A stretch of DNA of 64,000 bases, from NCBI GenBank assembly GCA_963734545.1, contig CAVTHO010000009.1, positions 146,747 through 210,746 on the forward strand, given 5' to 3'. Every line of letters starts with the position of its first letter. Position 1 is the stretch's first letter. Shown piece by piece: positions 16,788-27,981 of the stretch. The notes under the pieces are model-generated. The model did not search any database. It was given only the letters and a program-made list of their open reading frames with translations, and was not told the origin of the DNA. The position numbers and the translations under genes were made by a program. The DNA is from an uncultured Spirochaetota bacterium (lineage in GTDB: Bacteria > Spirochaetota > Spirochaetia > SZUA-6 > Fen-1364).

Positions 16788-18047
16788 CTATGAGATCATC
16801 CTGGCCAGGAACTTCGAACGGAAGGTGTTCCCCATCACCACCCGCTGAACGGGAGGAAGCGCAAGGAACGCCCCCACCACGGCACGGAGAAAGCGATGGC
16901 TCGCAAGGTTGGGATTGTTGAAAAGGAAATTCTGCAGAGTGCCGCGTTCGAGCGCCTGAAGCACAACTCTTTCGACCGTATTCTCGGGCAGGAGGACCCT
17001 CTGTCCGCGCGGGACGAGACGCATTGCTTTCTTCCGGCAGGCAAGACCGCACACCCCGCAGCCGATGCAGAACGTCGAGTCCACGGCAGGCTTCCGGGTC
17101 GCCGGCGTGCTGTCACTCATCTGGATTGCATCAATCGGACAGGCGTCGGCGCACCTCCCGCAGCCCGCGCAGAGCGCGTTATTGCATTCGGCAATGAAGC
17201 GTGATGTCACAAGGATGTTCGGATACCCGAACTTCCTTATTCCGTTGAGGACGGTGCAGCAGCACTTGCAGCAGAGACAGATGAACTGGACGTCCCGCCG
17301 GACATTATCCGCGTTCAGGACGAGCCTCATTTCCTTTGCCCGCGCGAGCAGCTCATGCAGCTCGCTCCTCGATACCGGCCGGGCAAGATTCCTGCGCACC
17401 GCGTAGTCGACGTCCCGCCCGAAGCTCACGCACATCTCCAGCGGGCTCTCGCAATTCTTCTGGCCCAGGTGGAGCATCTTGTGCCGGCACGAGCAGATGC
17501 CGACCGCCGCGCCGGGTGCCTGATCAACCAGGGCGCTTGCTTTCTCATGGTCCAGCACTTCAACGTGCGGCGATGCAACCGCGTCAACGTGGGGGATGGT
17601 GCGCAGGACCGATACTTTCTGACCACGTCCGAAATTGGCTTTGAGGAACTCGTCGCTTCCCAGCAGGTAATCCTTGAAGAGCTTCGCCATGCGGGCAAAA
17701 TCAAGCTCGCCGTCCGTGCGCATCATGGTGTATTCGAAAATCCCGATGACCATGGGCGAGACGGTGTAGTGGAACTCATCACCGATCTCGAGGTCCATGA
17801 CCAGCCCCTTTGCGGCGAGTCTTTCCAGCGCCCGGCGAAGTTTCTCCACCTCGATGCCCGTGATCTGTCGAAGACGCGGAAGTGTCGTGAGCCCCGCGGG
17901 TATCCGGGAAACGAGCTCCGCCTCCTCGACGGTGTACAGCTCACGCAGGACCGCGCGGAGAGCCTCGTTCCATGGAGTGCGGACGGTGAGCCCGTCGATT
18001 GCAGTGCCCAGATCCCGGTAGACATCCTTGGATGCGAGATGACCCAT
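16788..18047 (-). CDS. Fe-S protein with two C-terminal 4Fe-4S ferredoxin-type clusters and an N-terminal winged-helix-like region
   Basis: CAGCGRCADACP and CIGCGVCGLACR CxxCxxCxxxCP motifs, plus an unusual CLCCKCCC run. The ATG at 18047 lies 2 nt after the upstream MFS stop, preceded by GGAGG. Confidence 0.7.
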   Translation of the reverse strand: MGHLASKDVYRDLGTAIDGLTVRTPWNEALRAVLRELYTVEEAELVSRIPAGLTTLPRLRQITGIEVEKLRRALERLAAKGLVMDLEIGDEFHYTVSPMVIGIFEYTMMRTDGELDFARMAKLFKDYLLGSDEFLKANFGRGQKVSVLRTIPHVDAVASPHVEVLDHEKASALVDQAPGAAVGICSCRHKMLHLGQKNCESPLEMCVSFGRDVDYAVRRNLARPVSRSELHELLARAKEMRLVLNADNVRRDVQFICLCCKCCCTVLNGIRKFGYPNILVTSRFIAECNNALCAGCGRCADACPIDAIQMSDSTPATRKPAVDSTFCIGCGVCGLACRKKAMRLVPRGQRVLLPENTVERVVLQALERGTLQNFLFNNPNLASHRFLRAVVGAFLALPPVQRVVMGNTFRSKFLARMIS

Positions 18048-18049
18048 GT

Positions 18050-19306
18050 CTAGCCTCCGGCTGTCTCGGCCGCCGGGCTCTTTCGTGAACCTGCCACGAG
18101 CGCCAGCACCGCGCCGGCCGCAAAGAGGACGATATTCAGAACAAACGGCAGGTCCTTGTTCATGCCGGAGAGAGTTCCGGCAATCCATCCGAACGGTGAC
18201 GTGAGCAGGATGATGCCCACGGCAAGAATCGACAGAATACGGGCGCGTTCCTTCGCGCTTATGGTCAGCACGGTCATCCTGTCCACGAGCGGATTGACGG
18301 CGGCAAAGCTGCACGCTTCCAGGACAACACTGACAATGAGAGAAGGATATCCGTGTTCGGGGGTGGTGATCAGCACCACCTGGCTCGCGACAAACCCGAG
18401 AAACCCGACAACCATCGGCACCTTGAAGTGCATCTTGTTCAGGCGCGGCATCAGGACAATGAAGAATGCGATCATGAAGGCGGATTTGATAAAGGGAAAA
18501 ATGGCAATGCTCTCGGCAGGGAAATGCAGCTTCTCTGTTACGATAATCGCCCAGAAGGTGCCGCTGATCAGGCTGGAAATGCTGAGCACGAGCATAATGC
18601 CGGCGGTAAGCAGGGTCCATGGAGTGCGCACGAGCTCGGACAACACGTGCCTGTACTCGCGGAGCACGTGGAACATGCTCTGATTGCGCGTCTCCTGCAG
18701 ACGGATCTTCCCCTGTGCGGTCTCTTCAGTGATTACATATGTCACGATTGCTTTGACCGCAAACATAAAAGCCGCAAACAGATACAGGCCGCGCATGGTG
18801 GGAATAAGCGAAAAGATGCCGATCAACACCCCTGCCAGCGGCGCGATGAACCCCACGATCAGGTTCGCAATGTAGATCCAGGTGTAGATATCCACCAACT
18901 GACGGGGGTCGGCATCCTCCACCAGCAGGCACGACCATGAATTATGGGTGATGCGCCAGGCGCTGTTGACAACGCCCGCAGCCAGGAAATACCAGAAGTT
19001 CTGCGCCAGTGCCGAGATCAAGGACGGGACCGTCCACGCCAGTATGTCGAAGATCAGGGTGGTGCGGCGGCGTCCCAGCTTGTCGGTCAATACTCCGCTC
19101 AGCAGGGCAAAGGCGATCTGGAACCCCCAACTGATGCTGAGGATCAGGCCGATCTGCCTGTCCGCCAGGCCGAGGGATACCATGTAAATAGAAACATAGG
19201 GGATGTATAGATTGTAGGGGATGGCCCACAAGGGCTCGGTATAGACGCACCCGCGCGGGTTCCCGCGCAGGCTTTTCAGAGTGATGATGAGGGAATGGTC
19301 ATTCAT
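18050..19306 (-). CDS. MFS transporter
   Basis: Twelve TM segments and the motif-A-like LTDKLGRRRT. Probable start at MNDHS (19306). The listed ORF has a long, implausible N-terminal extension. Confidence 0.75.
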   Translation of the reverse strand: MNDHSLIITLKSLRGNPRGCVYTEPLWAIPYNLYIPYVSIYMVSLGLADRQIGLILSISWGFQIAFALLSGVLTDKLGRRRTTLIFDILAWTVPSLISALAQNFWYFLAAGVVNSAWRITHNSWSCLLVEDADPRQLVDIYTWIYIANLIVGFIAPLAGVLIGIFSLIPTMRGLYLFAAFMFAVKAIVTYVITEETAQGKIRLQETRNQSMFHVLREYRHVLSELVRTPWTLLTAGIMLVLSISSLISGTFWAIIVTEKLHFPAESIAIFPFIKSAFMIAFFIVLMPRLNKMHFKVPMVVGFLGFVASQVVLITTPEHGYPSLIVSVVLEACSFAAVNPLVDRMTVLTISAKERARILSILAVGIILLTSPFGWIAGTLSGMNKDLPFVLNIVLFAAGAVLALVAGSRKSPAAETAGG

Positions 19307-19402
19307 TACGTGTATGCGGAAGTATGGAGCGAAATTGACTCCCGCGTCCACGGCACATACTATGGTCCAGAGGGTCACCGGGAGCCGGCAGTCATCGAAT
19401 CG

Positions 19403-20227
19403 ATGGAATCGACCGTCCAAGATCTTGCGCATCTCATGCGGGGCCGCAGGACGCTGGTTCTCAGCGGGGCGGGAATCAGCACGGAGTCGGGAATTCCAGA
19501 CTATCGCGGCCCGAATGGTTCCCTGCGGACGCGCCACCCCATGCAATATCACGAGTTCGTCGGATCCGCGGAAGCGCGCCGGCGATACTGGGCTCGCAGC
19601 GCGATCGGCTGGGCCCAGGTGGGCAAGGCCCTGCCCAACAGGGGCCATGCCGCCATCGCCCGACTCGAGCAGCTCGGGGTCGTCACCGGTGTGATCACGC
19701 AGAACGTCGATGGCCTGCACCAGGCGGCAGGAAGCCGCCGGGTGCTCGAGCTGCACGGCTCGCTCGCGGAAGTCCGCTGCTTGTCGTGCGGTTTCTTGGA
19801 GATGCGCGACCACCTGCAGGGCCGGCTTCTCGAGGAAAACCCTGGATGGGCTTCCTCGCCGGTTGAGGCGGCCCCGGATGGGGACGCCGAGATACCACTT
19901 GAAACCGTGGCTTCCTTTTCGATTCCGAGCTGCCTCCGGTGCGGAGGAGTCCTCAAGCCGGATGTGGTATTCTTCGGTGAGAGCGTGCCCAGGCCCCGAG
20001 TGGAGGCCGCATGGGGCATGCTGGCAGAGGCGGGGTTGCTCCTGGTTGTCGGCTCGTCTCTGGCGATTTTTTCCGGGCTCAGATTTGTGCGCCAGGCGGC
20101 CAGGGAGAACAAGCCTGTGGCCATCGTGAACCAGGGAGATACCCGGGGGGACGAAGTGGCAGCGGTCCGGATAGGAGGGCGCCTGGGTGACGTCCTCCCC
20201 TCGCTGCTGGACGCATTGGAGGGGTGA
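19403..20227 (+). CDS. cobB: NAD-dependent protein deacylase (Sir2 family sirtuin)
   Basis: GAGISTESGIPDYRG, QNVDGLH, HGS and a CxxC...CxxC zinc ribbon (CLSCG...CLRCGG). Start is approximate; the listed start at 19295 would overlap the divergent MFS gene. Confidence 0.8.
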   Translation: MESTVQDLAHLMRGRRTLVLSGAGISTESGIPDYRGPNGSLRTRHPMQYHEFVGSAEARRRYWARSAIGWAQVGKALPNRGHAAIARLEQLGVVTGVITQNVDGLHQAAGSRRVLELHGSLAEVRCLSCGFLEMRDHLQGRLLEENPGWASSPVEAAPDGDAEIPLETVASFSIPSCLRCGGVLKPDVVFFGESVPRPRVEAAWGMLAEAGLLLVVGSSLAIFSGLRFVRQAARENKPVAIVNQGDTRGDEVAAVRIGGRLGDVLPSLLDALEG

Positions 20228-20247
20228 TCGAAAAAAGGAGCTGAAAC

Positions 20248-20835
20248 ATGATGTCGCATCCATTCAAGTGGGTTTCGGAGTCGTCGAGAAAAACGGTCTT
20301 CTGGGTCCTCTTTGGCCTCGCAATACTATTGATGATCGCCCTCCAGGTCCTCGGAGCGCCTTTGAAGACACAGGCCGCGCCGGCAGGAATCGTATCATTC
20401 GAGCTTGCGGGAAGCATCAATGCCGCTGAAAAGATCGTGAGCTCGTGGGACGGGCAGGCAAGGACGTACGCGGGCCTCAACCTGGGACTCGATTATCTGT
20501 TCATTTTCGCGTATGCGGGCGCGATCGGACTGGGGTGCGCTCTTCTTGCAGCAAGCGTTGCCAGGCGCCACAAGGTATTTGCCTCCATTGGATTTGTTCT
20601 CTCCTGGGCACAGCTCCTCGCCGCGGCATGCGATGCAACAGAAAACTACGCGCTCATTTCGCTTCTCCTGGGGTCCAGGGTCAATGGATTGGCCCTTCTT
20701 GCCCGTGCGTGCGCAATACCGAAGTTCCTGATCGTGCTGCTCGGGCTCGCTTACTTTGCCTTTGCCCTCATCGTCCTGCTCGTCTGGGCGGCCCGTCGGA
20801 AGCAAAATCTGCCCTCCGGGATGCAAAGGCGGTAA
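20248..20835 (+). CDS. Membrane protein, hypothetical (4-5 TM)
   Basis: Strong AAAGGAG RBS. Hydrophobic segments only; no recognisable motifs. Confidence 0.5.
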   Translation: MMSHPFKWVSESSRKTVFWVLFGLAILLMIALQVLGAPLKTQAAPAGIVSFELAGSINAAEKIVSSWDGQARTYAGLNLGLDYLFIFAYAGAIGLGCALLAASVARRHKVFASIGFVLSWAQLLAAACDATENYALISLLLGSRVNGLALLARACAIPKFLIVLLGLAYFAFALIVLLVWAARRKQNLPSGMQRR

Positions 20836-20903
20836 GGATCAGGACTCGCGGAAACTGATTTTCGCTGTGCAAATCACCACCTCGGCCTTATAATCCGGGG
20901 CGT

Positions 20904-21933
20904 ATGAAGGCCCTGGTGAAAAAAGGCCCGGGAAAGCGGCTGGAGATGCAGCAGGTCCCGATGCCCGTGGTCGGGGGCAACGATCTGTTGATCCGGGTTA
21001 CCAAGGCCGCCATCTGCGGCACCGACCTGCACATCTGGAACTGGGACGAGTGGTCGCAGCGCACCCTTCGGCCTCCTCTGATCACGGGACACGAGTTCGT
21101 GGGACGGATCGTCGACATGGGCGCCAAGCGTCAGCGGCTACGAGATCGGCGAGCGCGTCTCCGGCGAAGGCCACATCGTCTGCGGCGTCTGCAGGAGCTG
21201 CCGCGCGGGGCGCCGGCACCTCTGCACCAACACGGTCGGCATCGGCGTGAACCGTGACGGCTGCTTTGCGGAGTACCTCTCCCTGCCCGCGCCGAACGCC
21301 TGGCACGTGCACCCGGGGATCCCCTCGGAGATCGCCTGCTTCCTCGACCCGCTGGGAAACGCCACGCACTCTGCCCTCTCCTTCGACCTGGTGGGAGAGG
21401 ACGTTCTGATCACGGGAGCGGGGCCCATCGGCATCATGGCGGCGGCCATCTGCCGGCACTGCGGCGCACAGCGGATCGTCGTCACGGACGTCAACGACTA
21501 CCGCCTGGGGCTTGCTGCCAGGATGGGGGCCACCATGACGGTGAACGTGTCCCGGACCTCCATCGAGGATGCGCGGAAGGAGCTGGGGATCATCGGGTTC
21601 GACATCGGCCTGGAGATGTCGGGAAACGGCGCGGCGTTCGAGTCGATGCTGGAGAACATGTACCACGGCGGGCGTATCGCGCTGCTGGGCATCCTTCCCA
21701 ACTCGACGGGAATCCGCTGGGACCAGGTGATCTTCAAGGGCCTGGTCATCAAGGGGATCTACGGCAGAGAGATCTTCGAGACCTGGTACAAGATGCAGAC
21801 GATGCTGCAGAGCGGGCTCGACGTGAGCCCGGTGCTCACACACCGGTTTCCCTTCGAGCAGTTCGAGAAAGGGTTCGAGGTCATGCAGTCCGGGCAGCTG
21901 CGGCAAGGTGATCCTCGAGATCGCGGAGGATGA
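20904..21933 (+). CDS. tdh: L-threonine 3-dehydrogenase, with an apparent +1 frameshift near 21128
   Basis: Collinear with E. coli Tdh: [10 protein letters not shown]...[16 protein letters not shown], then [32 protein letters not shown] in the next frame. A single extra base near aagcgtc explains the shift. TATAAT lies 14 nt upstream of the ATG. Confidence 0.85.
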
Positions 21934-23158
21934 AGAAGATGCTTGACCATGACGCGCGGAGGGAGCTGGGTGAGCGGATTGCCGAAATCCGTTCCGCGGG
22001 GACGTACAAGGAGGAGCGGGTCATCCAGACGCCGCAGGGGGTGCATCTTCGCGTGCGGCCGGGAAACGAGGTGCTGAACTTCTGCGCCAACAATTATCTC
22101 GGGCTCGCCTCCCACCCGCGGGTGCTCGCTGCCGCGCACGCGGCCTCGACCGCTGGGGATACGGCATGGCGTCGGTGCGTTTCATCTGCGGCACCCAGGA
22201 GGTGCACGCGGAGCTGGAGAAGCGCATGGCGGCGTTCCTGGGCACGGAGGACGCGCTGCTGTACTCTTCCTGCTTCGACGCCAACGGCGGCGTCTTCGAG
22301 CCTCTCCTGGACAAGGACTGCGCGCTCATTACCGACCAGCTCAATCACGCTTCCCTCATAGATGGCGCGCGGCTGTGCAAGGCAAATCGTTTCATCTACG
22401 CCCACGCGGACATGAGCGATCTGGCGGAGAAGCTCGGGGAGGCGTCAACCGCGCGGCTCAGGATGATCGTCACGGACGGGGTTTTCTCCATGGACGGAGA
22501 CCTGGCGAACCTCCCCGAGATCTGCGCGCTTGCCGAGAAGCACAGGGCAATGGTCATGGTGGACGACAGCCACGCCACGGGATTCATCGGCAGGAAAGGC
22601 AGGGGCACGGCGGAGCACTTCGGCGTGACCGGCCGCGTGGACATTATCTCCACGACGTTCGGCAAGGCACTCGGGGGCGCCACGGGAGGATGCCTCGCAG
22701 GCAGGAAGGAGATCGTCGAGCTCCTTCGCCAGAGGAGCAGGCCATACCTGTTCTCCAACTCGCTGGCGCCGGTGGTGGCGGGAGCGAGCATCGCCGTCAT
22801 CGAGATGCTCAGTGAAAGCACCGAGCTGCGCGACAGGCTCGAAGAGAACACGGTCTTTTTCCGGCAGGCCATCACAGACGCGGGATTCGACGTGAAGCCC
22901 GGCATACACCCCATCGTTCCCATCATGCTCTACGAGGAGAGCCGGGCCGTGGAGATGGCGCGCCGGCTCCTGGATGAGGGCATCTACGTCATCGGCTTCT
23001 CCTACCCCGTGGTGCCGAAAGGCCAGGCCCGGATTCGCGTGCAGGTCTCCGCCGTGCACACTCGAAACGACCTGGAAAAGGCCGTGTCGGCATTTGCCCG
23101 GGTGGGAAGGACCATCGGCCTGCTGAAACAGGATGCGCGGAAAAACTTGACCGTGTGA
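21930..23158 (+). CDS. kbl: 2-amino-3-ketobutyrate CoA ligase (glycine C-acetyltransferase), with an apparent frameshift near 22143
   Basis: [16 protein letters not shown]...then [19 protein letters not shown] in another frame; strong collinearity with E. coli Kbl through [26 protein letters not shown] overlaps the tdh stop (ATGA). Confidence 0.85.
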
Positions 23159-23274
23159 GTCGGCCATGTTACGCTTCGAGCGCAATCCGCTGCCTTGCAC
23201 GGCACACCGTGCAGTTCCGCGGATTCGGTCTTCCCGATAAACGTGCCGCCAATCCTGGATTCAGGGGGAGAGGA

Positions 23275-25188
23275 ATGGAAAACACTCTTGTAAAGGTGCA
23301 TTGGTCGGTCGCCCAGAAGTATCCTGATTCAGCTGCACTCATGAGCAAGGACAAGAAAGGTGAGTGGTCCTCGGTCACTTTTCGTCAGTTCGCCGCCTCG
23401 TACGAATGTTTCGGAGCGGGTCTGCTCGAATTCGGCGTGAAAAGAGGTGACCACGTCGGGGTCATTGCCGACAACCGGAAGGAATGGCTGTTCGCCAATC
23501 TGGGCATCCTCGGAATCGGTGCGGCGGATGTTCCCCGCGGCTGCGACACAATGCCCGACGAGGCGCGATTCATCCTCCACCATGCGGATTGTGGAATCAG
23601 CCTTGCGGAAAACGCGGAACAGCTCAGGAAGATCCTGGGAAAGAAAAAGGATCTTCCGCTCCTCAAGACCATCATCGTCATTGACGAGGAGTTCAAGCCG
23701 GAGGACTTCAGGGAGCCGACCGAGGGCGTGCAGATCGTCACCTATCAGCACATCATGGAGCTCGGCAGGAAAAGGCTCGCCGCCGATCCGCAGGCGTACC
23801 GGCGCGAGATGGAGAAGGGAACGCCGGAAGAGCTTGCCACCATCATCTACACCTCGGGTACAACAGGTGAGCCGAAGGGCGTCATGCTCACCCACGGAAA
23901 CTTCCTGCACAATATCCGCACCATCCCGAATGCCATTCACGTGGGACCCACCGACATATTCCTGTCGGTCCTTCCCGTGTGGCACTCCTTCGAGCGCATG
24001 ATCGACAACTTCGCCCTTTCCCAGGGCACGGCCCTTGCGTACTCCAAGCCTGTCGGGAAGATCATGCTCGCCGACATGGCGGCCGTGAAGCCCACGATAA
24101 TGGCGTCGGTTCCCCGGATCTGGGAAGGGGTGCGGGCCGCGATCTACCGCAACGTGAACGAGGAAGGCGGAATCAAGAAGGCGTTGTTCCAATTCTTCGT
24201 TGCTGTGGGCAAAGCTCATGCCGCGGCGTCGGCCCTCGTCCGCGGACTCTTCCCACGGTTCACGCGCAGGTACCGTATCACGGATTTCCTTATCGGCATC
24301 CTTCCCTTCATCCTGCTTTTCCCTCTCAAAGCCCTGGGCAATCTTCTCGTGTTCAAGAAGATCAAGGCCCGGCTGGGAGGACGGTTTCGTTTCACCGTTT
24401 CCGGTGGCGGAGCGCTTCCCCCGTACGTCGACAAGTTCTTCCAGGCCGCGGGAGTGCTCCTCCTGGAAGGGTACGGCCTCACGGAGACCACGCCCGTGGT
24501 ATCCGTGCGGCTGCAGGATCATCCCGTACCGGGCACGATCGGTCCGCTCCTGGCCGAGATGCAGATGAAGCTGCTGGACCCCGAGACGGGTGTGGAAGTG
24601 GGACCGGGGAAAAAGGGAGTCATCTACCTCAAGGGTCCCAACGTCATGAAAGGCTACTACAAGCGGCCTGACAAGACGGCGGAGGTTCTTTCAGCCGATG
24701 GCTGGCTGAACACGGGGGACCTGGGCATGGTCACCTGGAAGGGCGAGATCCGGATAATCGGCAGGACCAAGGAGACAATTGTTCTCCTTGGCGGGGAGAA
24801 CGTCGAGCCGGTTCCAATCGAGGATACGATTCTCGAAAGCGAATACATCGACCAGGTCATGGTGGTCGGCCAGGACCAGAAATTCCTGGCCGCGCTCGTT
24901 GTGCTCAACGATGAAGCGATGGAGAGATACGCGAAGGAGCAGGAGATCGGCTGGACGGACAAGACCGATCTTCTGAACAACTCGCAGATCCTGGAGCTTG
25001 TCTCCGATGAGATCAACTCCCGGGTCAACGCAAAGGGCGGCTTTCGGGAGTTCGAGCGGGTCTTCCGGTTCAAGGTGCTGCCGAAACATTTCCAGCCCGG
25101 CGTGGAGCTCTCCGCCAAGCAGAGCATGAAACGGAGCGTCATCGCCGATATCTACAAAAAGGAAATCGCGGGCTTGTTCGAGATCTAG
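23275..25188 (+). CDS. Long-chain-fatty-acid--CoA ligase (AMP-forming)
   Basis: AMP-binding motif IIYTSGTTGEPKGVMLTHGN. GYGLTET is also present. ATG at 23275 with a GGGGGAGAGG RBS. Confidence 0.85.
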   Translation: MENTLVKVHWSVAQKYPDSAALMSKDKKGEWSSVTFRQFAASYECFGAGLLEFGVKRGDHVGVIADNRKEWLFANLGILGIGAADVPRGCDTMPDEARFILHHADCGISLAENAEQLRKILGKKKDLPLLKTIIVIDEEFKPEDFREPTEGVQIVTYQHIMELGRKRLAADPQAYRREMEKGTPEELATIIYTSGTTGEPKGVMLTHGNFLHNIRTIPNAIHVGPTDIFLSVLPVWHSFERMIDNFALSQGTALAYSKPVGKIMLADMAAVKPTIMASVPRIWEGVRAAIYRNVNEEGGIKKALFQFFVAVGKAHAAASALVRGLFPRFTRRYRITDFLIGILPFILLFPLKALGNLLVFKKIKARLGGRFRFTVSGGGALPPYVDKFFQAAGVLLLEGYGLTETTPVVSVRLQDHPVPGTIGPLLAEMQMKLLDPETGVEVGPGKKGVIYLKGPNVMKGYYKRPDKTAEVLSADGWLNTGDLGMVTWKGEIRIIGRTKETIVLLGGENVEPVPIEDTILESEYIDQVMVVGQDQKFLAALVVLNDEAMERYAKEQEIGWTDKTDLLNNSQILELVSDEINSRVNAKGGFREFERVFRFKVLPKHFQPGVELSAKQSMKRSVIADIYKKEIAGLFEI

Positions 25189-25237
25189 CCGGAGAGGGCG
25201 AAAGGAACGGTCCCGCCGTCGGAGCAGCGGCGCGGGC

Positions 25238-26305
25238 TCAGCGGCCCGCTGTCTTCAGAAGGCGGTCCGGCTTCACGATGCCTTTCTCGGTGATGATGCC
25301 CGTCACGAGGGATGCCGGGGTGACATCGAATGCGGGGTTCCGCGCGCGCGCGCCGGAACTCGCAATCCGTACCGTCCTCGTGATGCCCGCCTCATCGGGG
25401 CCTGCCGCGGTGAGCACCTCCGCTTCTCCCCGCTCTTCGATCGGAATGGAGTCTCCGGTCGGGCACGCGAAGTCGATTGTCGATGTCGGCGCGGCGACGT
25501 AGAAGGAGATCCCGTTCTCCCGTGCAAGGACAGCCTTCTCATAGGTGCCGATCTTGTTTGCCACGTCTCCATTTCTCGCAATCCGATCCGCGCCCACGAT
25601 GACGATGTCCACCTCTCCCCGGCGCATGAAGAAACCCGCCGCGTTGTCGGGAATGACGCGAAACTCGATCCCCTCCCCCGCCAGCTCCCAGGCGGTCAGG
25701 CGCGCTCCCTGGAGACGGGGCCGGGTTTCATCCACCCATACGAAGAGGCGCTTCCCCTCCCGCTTCGCCCTGTACACCGGCGACAGCGCCGTTCCCCAGT
25801 CGGTGAATGCGAGCCATCCCGCGTTGCAGTGGGTGAGCACCCGGGCGCCGTCCCGTATCAGAGGCGCGCCCGCCTCCCCGATCCGCCGGCCCGCATCCAC
25901 GTCCTCCTCCGCAAGCGTGTCCGCCTCCGCGCACGCGGCCTCCCGGGCGCGCGCCACATCGGGGAGGGCACCCAGCGCCGCGGCACGCACGCGGTCAATG
26001 GCGTAGAAGAGGTTCTGCGCCGTGGGACGCGTGGATTTCAGGAGAGACGCGGCGGCGTCCATGTAGGCGCGGAACTCCGTCAAGGAAGCCGGCGCCTCCC
26101 GGGCAGCCTGGGCCACTCCGAATCCCCCCGCCACGCCGATTGCGCCCGCTCCCCTCGTCACCATGTCCTTGATGGCGCGCGCCGTAACGCGATGATCCGG
26201 TGAGTCGAAAATGGCAAACTGGAAGGGCAGCAGGATCTGGTCGATCATGCGCACCGTCCCGCCTTCCCTCCAGACCGTCCGGTAGGGGGTGCCGTTGACG
26301 AGCAT
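25238..26305 (-). CDS. mtnA: S-methyl-5-thioribose-1-phosphate isomerase
   Basis: eIF-2B/MtnA family: VTRGAGAIGVAGGFGVAQAA, THCNAGWLAFTDWGTAL, VIVGADRIARNGDVANKIGT. Start chosen at MLVNGTPYRTVW by analogy with the B. subtilis MtnA N-terminus. Confidence 0.8.
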   Translation of the reverse strand: MLVNGTPYRTVWREGGTVRMIDQILLPFQFAIFDSPDHRVTARAIKDMVTRGAGAIGVAGGFGVAQAAREAPASLTEFRAYMDAAASLLKSTRPTAQNLFYAIDRVRAAALGALPDVARAREAACAEADTLAEEDVDAGRRIGEAGAPLIRDGARVLTHCNAGWLAFTDWGTALSPVYRAKREGKRLFVWVDETRPRLQGARLTAWELAGEGIEFRVIPDNAAGFFMRRGEVDIVIVGADRIARNGDVANKIGTYEKAVLARENGISFYVAAPTSTIDFACPTGDSIPIEERGEAEVLTAAGPDEAGITRTVRIASSGARARNPAFDVTPASLVTGIITEKGIVKPDRLLKTAGR

Positions 26306-26351
26306 GAGGGGAACTATAGCGCACCTTTCGCGGATCAGATAGGATGCGGCC

Positions 26352-27981
26352 ATGGTGCACAGCATCGCCATCGCCGATGTCCCCTCCACCACACCCCTGT
26401 TCGCCGATTTCTGGAAAGGAAAGGAAACCTTTCGCGGCCTTCTTCCCCGGCATTTCATGGATCCGCGCGCCTTCTCGGAGCAGGCCGGCCTGCTTGCCCG
26501 CGCCCGCTACGACCGCGGCACGCTGTGCACGGTGCTCCGCGAGCAGAACGAAAGGTTCGGCGCGGGCGCACAGACGCTGCGGTCCATCGACGCGCTGGAG
26601 GGGCCCGGCTCCATGGTCGTGATCGGAGGTCAGCAGGCCGGGTTGTTCGGCGGCCCCCTCTACACGGTGCACAAGGCCCTGACGATCATCGTGCTCGCCC
26701 GCAGGATGGCGAAACAACTGCGACCGGCCGGTGATCCCCGTGTTCTGGATCGCCTCCGAGGACAGCGATCTCGCGGAGGTGAATCACACCTTCGTTGTCG
26801 ACAGGGACGGTCGGCTGCGGGAGCTTCGTCTGCACGAAGCGGTGGAAGCGAAGCTTCCGGTCTCCCGTGTGCGCCTCGGGGAGGAGATCGGGCCGCTCAT
26901 GAACGAGCTGGCCGCCGCGCTTCCCGAGGCAGATGGCGCGGAGAATGTACTCGCCGACCTGCGGGCGGCGTACGCCCCCGGCCGCACCTATCCGCAGGCC
27001 TTCGGCTCCTGGATGACGAATCTCTTCGGCGAGCAGGGACTGGTGCTCGTCGATCCTTCCGATGTCCGGCTGAAACGGATGGCGCATTCGCTTTTCGAGC
27101 GCGAGATCAGGGAGAACAGCCCGGTGAGCGCCGCGGTCATCGCGCAGACCCGCCGGATGATCGAGGCGGGATACGCGCCGCAGATCGAGCTGCGGGAAGG
27201 GTTCCTCACTCTTTTCCACCAGGACCCTGCCCGGCAGGCCATCGCGCTCCGCAGGAACGGATTCGAGCTGAAGTCGACCGGGAAGACCTTTACAGCGGAG
27301 GAGCTCGCCGGTCTCCTGGAGCGCAGCCCGGAGAGCTTCACTCCCAACGCGGTGCTGCGTCCCCTGTACCAGGACACGCTCTTTCCCACGCTGGCTGCGG
27401 TCCTCGGTCCATCGGAGATCGCCTACTTCTCACAGCTCACGCTGGCCTATGAGCGGATGGGCATCCCGATGCCGATCGTTTTTCCCCGCTCCTCCCTCAC
27501 CCTGGTGGAACCGAAAATGGAGAAGCTCATGGCCAGGCTCGGCGTGGGCCTGAGGGACCTCCTCGTGCGCGGGGAACGAATAATCGACGACATATTGAAG
27601 AGAGACATTCCCGAGTCCCTCACCACGCGGGTCATGGAGGGCAGGGCCTCTGTGACGGCAGCCTGGAAAACGATCATCGGCGAGATCGACACGCTTGATC
27701 CCACGCTGCATCGGACGGCGGAACTGGGATCAGGCAGGGCCCTGCGCCAGTTCGATTTCATGGAAAAGAAGATCGCGCAGGCAGCCCGGAAAAAGAACGG
27801 GATCCTCCGCGGGCAGGTGGAGAGGCTCGTCGCCGCCCTGGCGCCCAGGAACGGCCTGCAGGAGAGGACGCTCACGGCGCTCCCCTTTCTTGCGCGCTAC
27901 GGAAAACAGATTCTCACCCAGGCAGCGGAAGGCATCGATCCGTTCGCCCCCGAGCACAGGGGGCTGGTGGTGGATCAATGA
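26352..27981 (+). CDS. bshC: Bacillithiol biosynthesis cysteine-adding enzyme BshC, with an apparent frameshift near 26725 (CCGG duplication)
   Basis: N-terminus and MVVIGGQQAGLFGGPLYTVHKALTIIVLARRMAKQL in frame 0, then PVIPVFWIASEDSDLAEVNH and the rest of BshC in frame +1. Removing one CCGG restores R-P-V-I. Confidence 0.8.
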
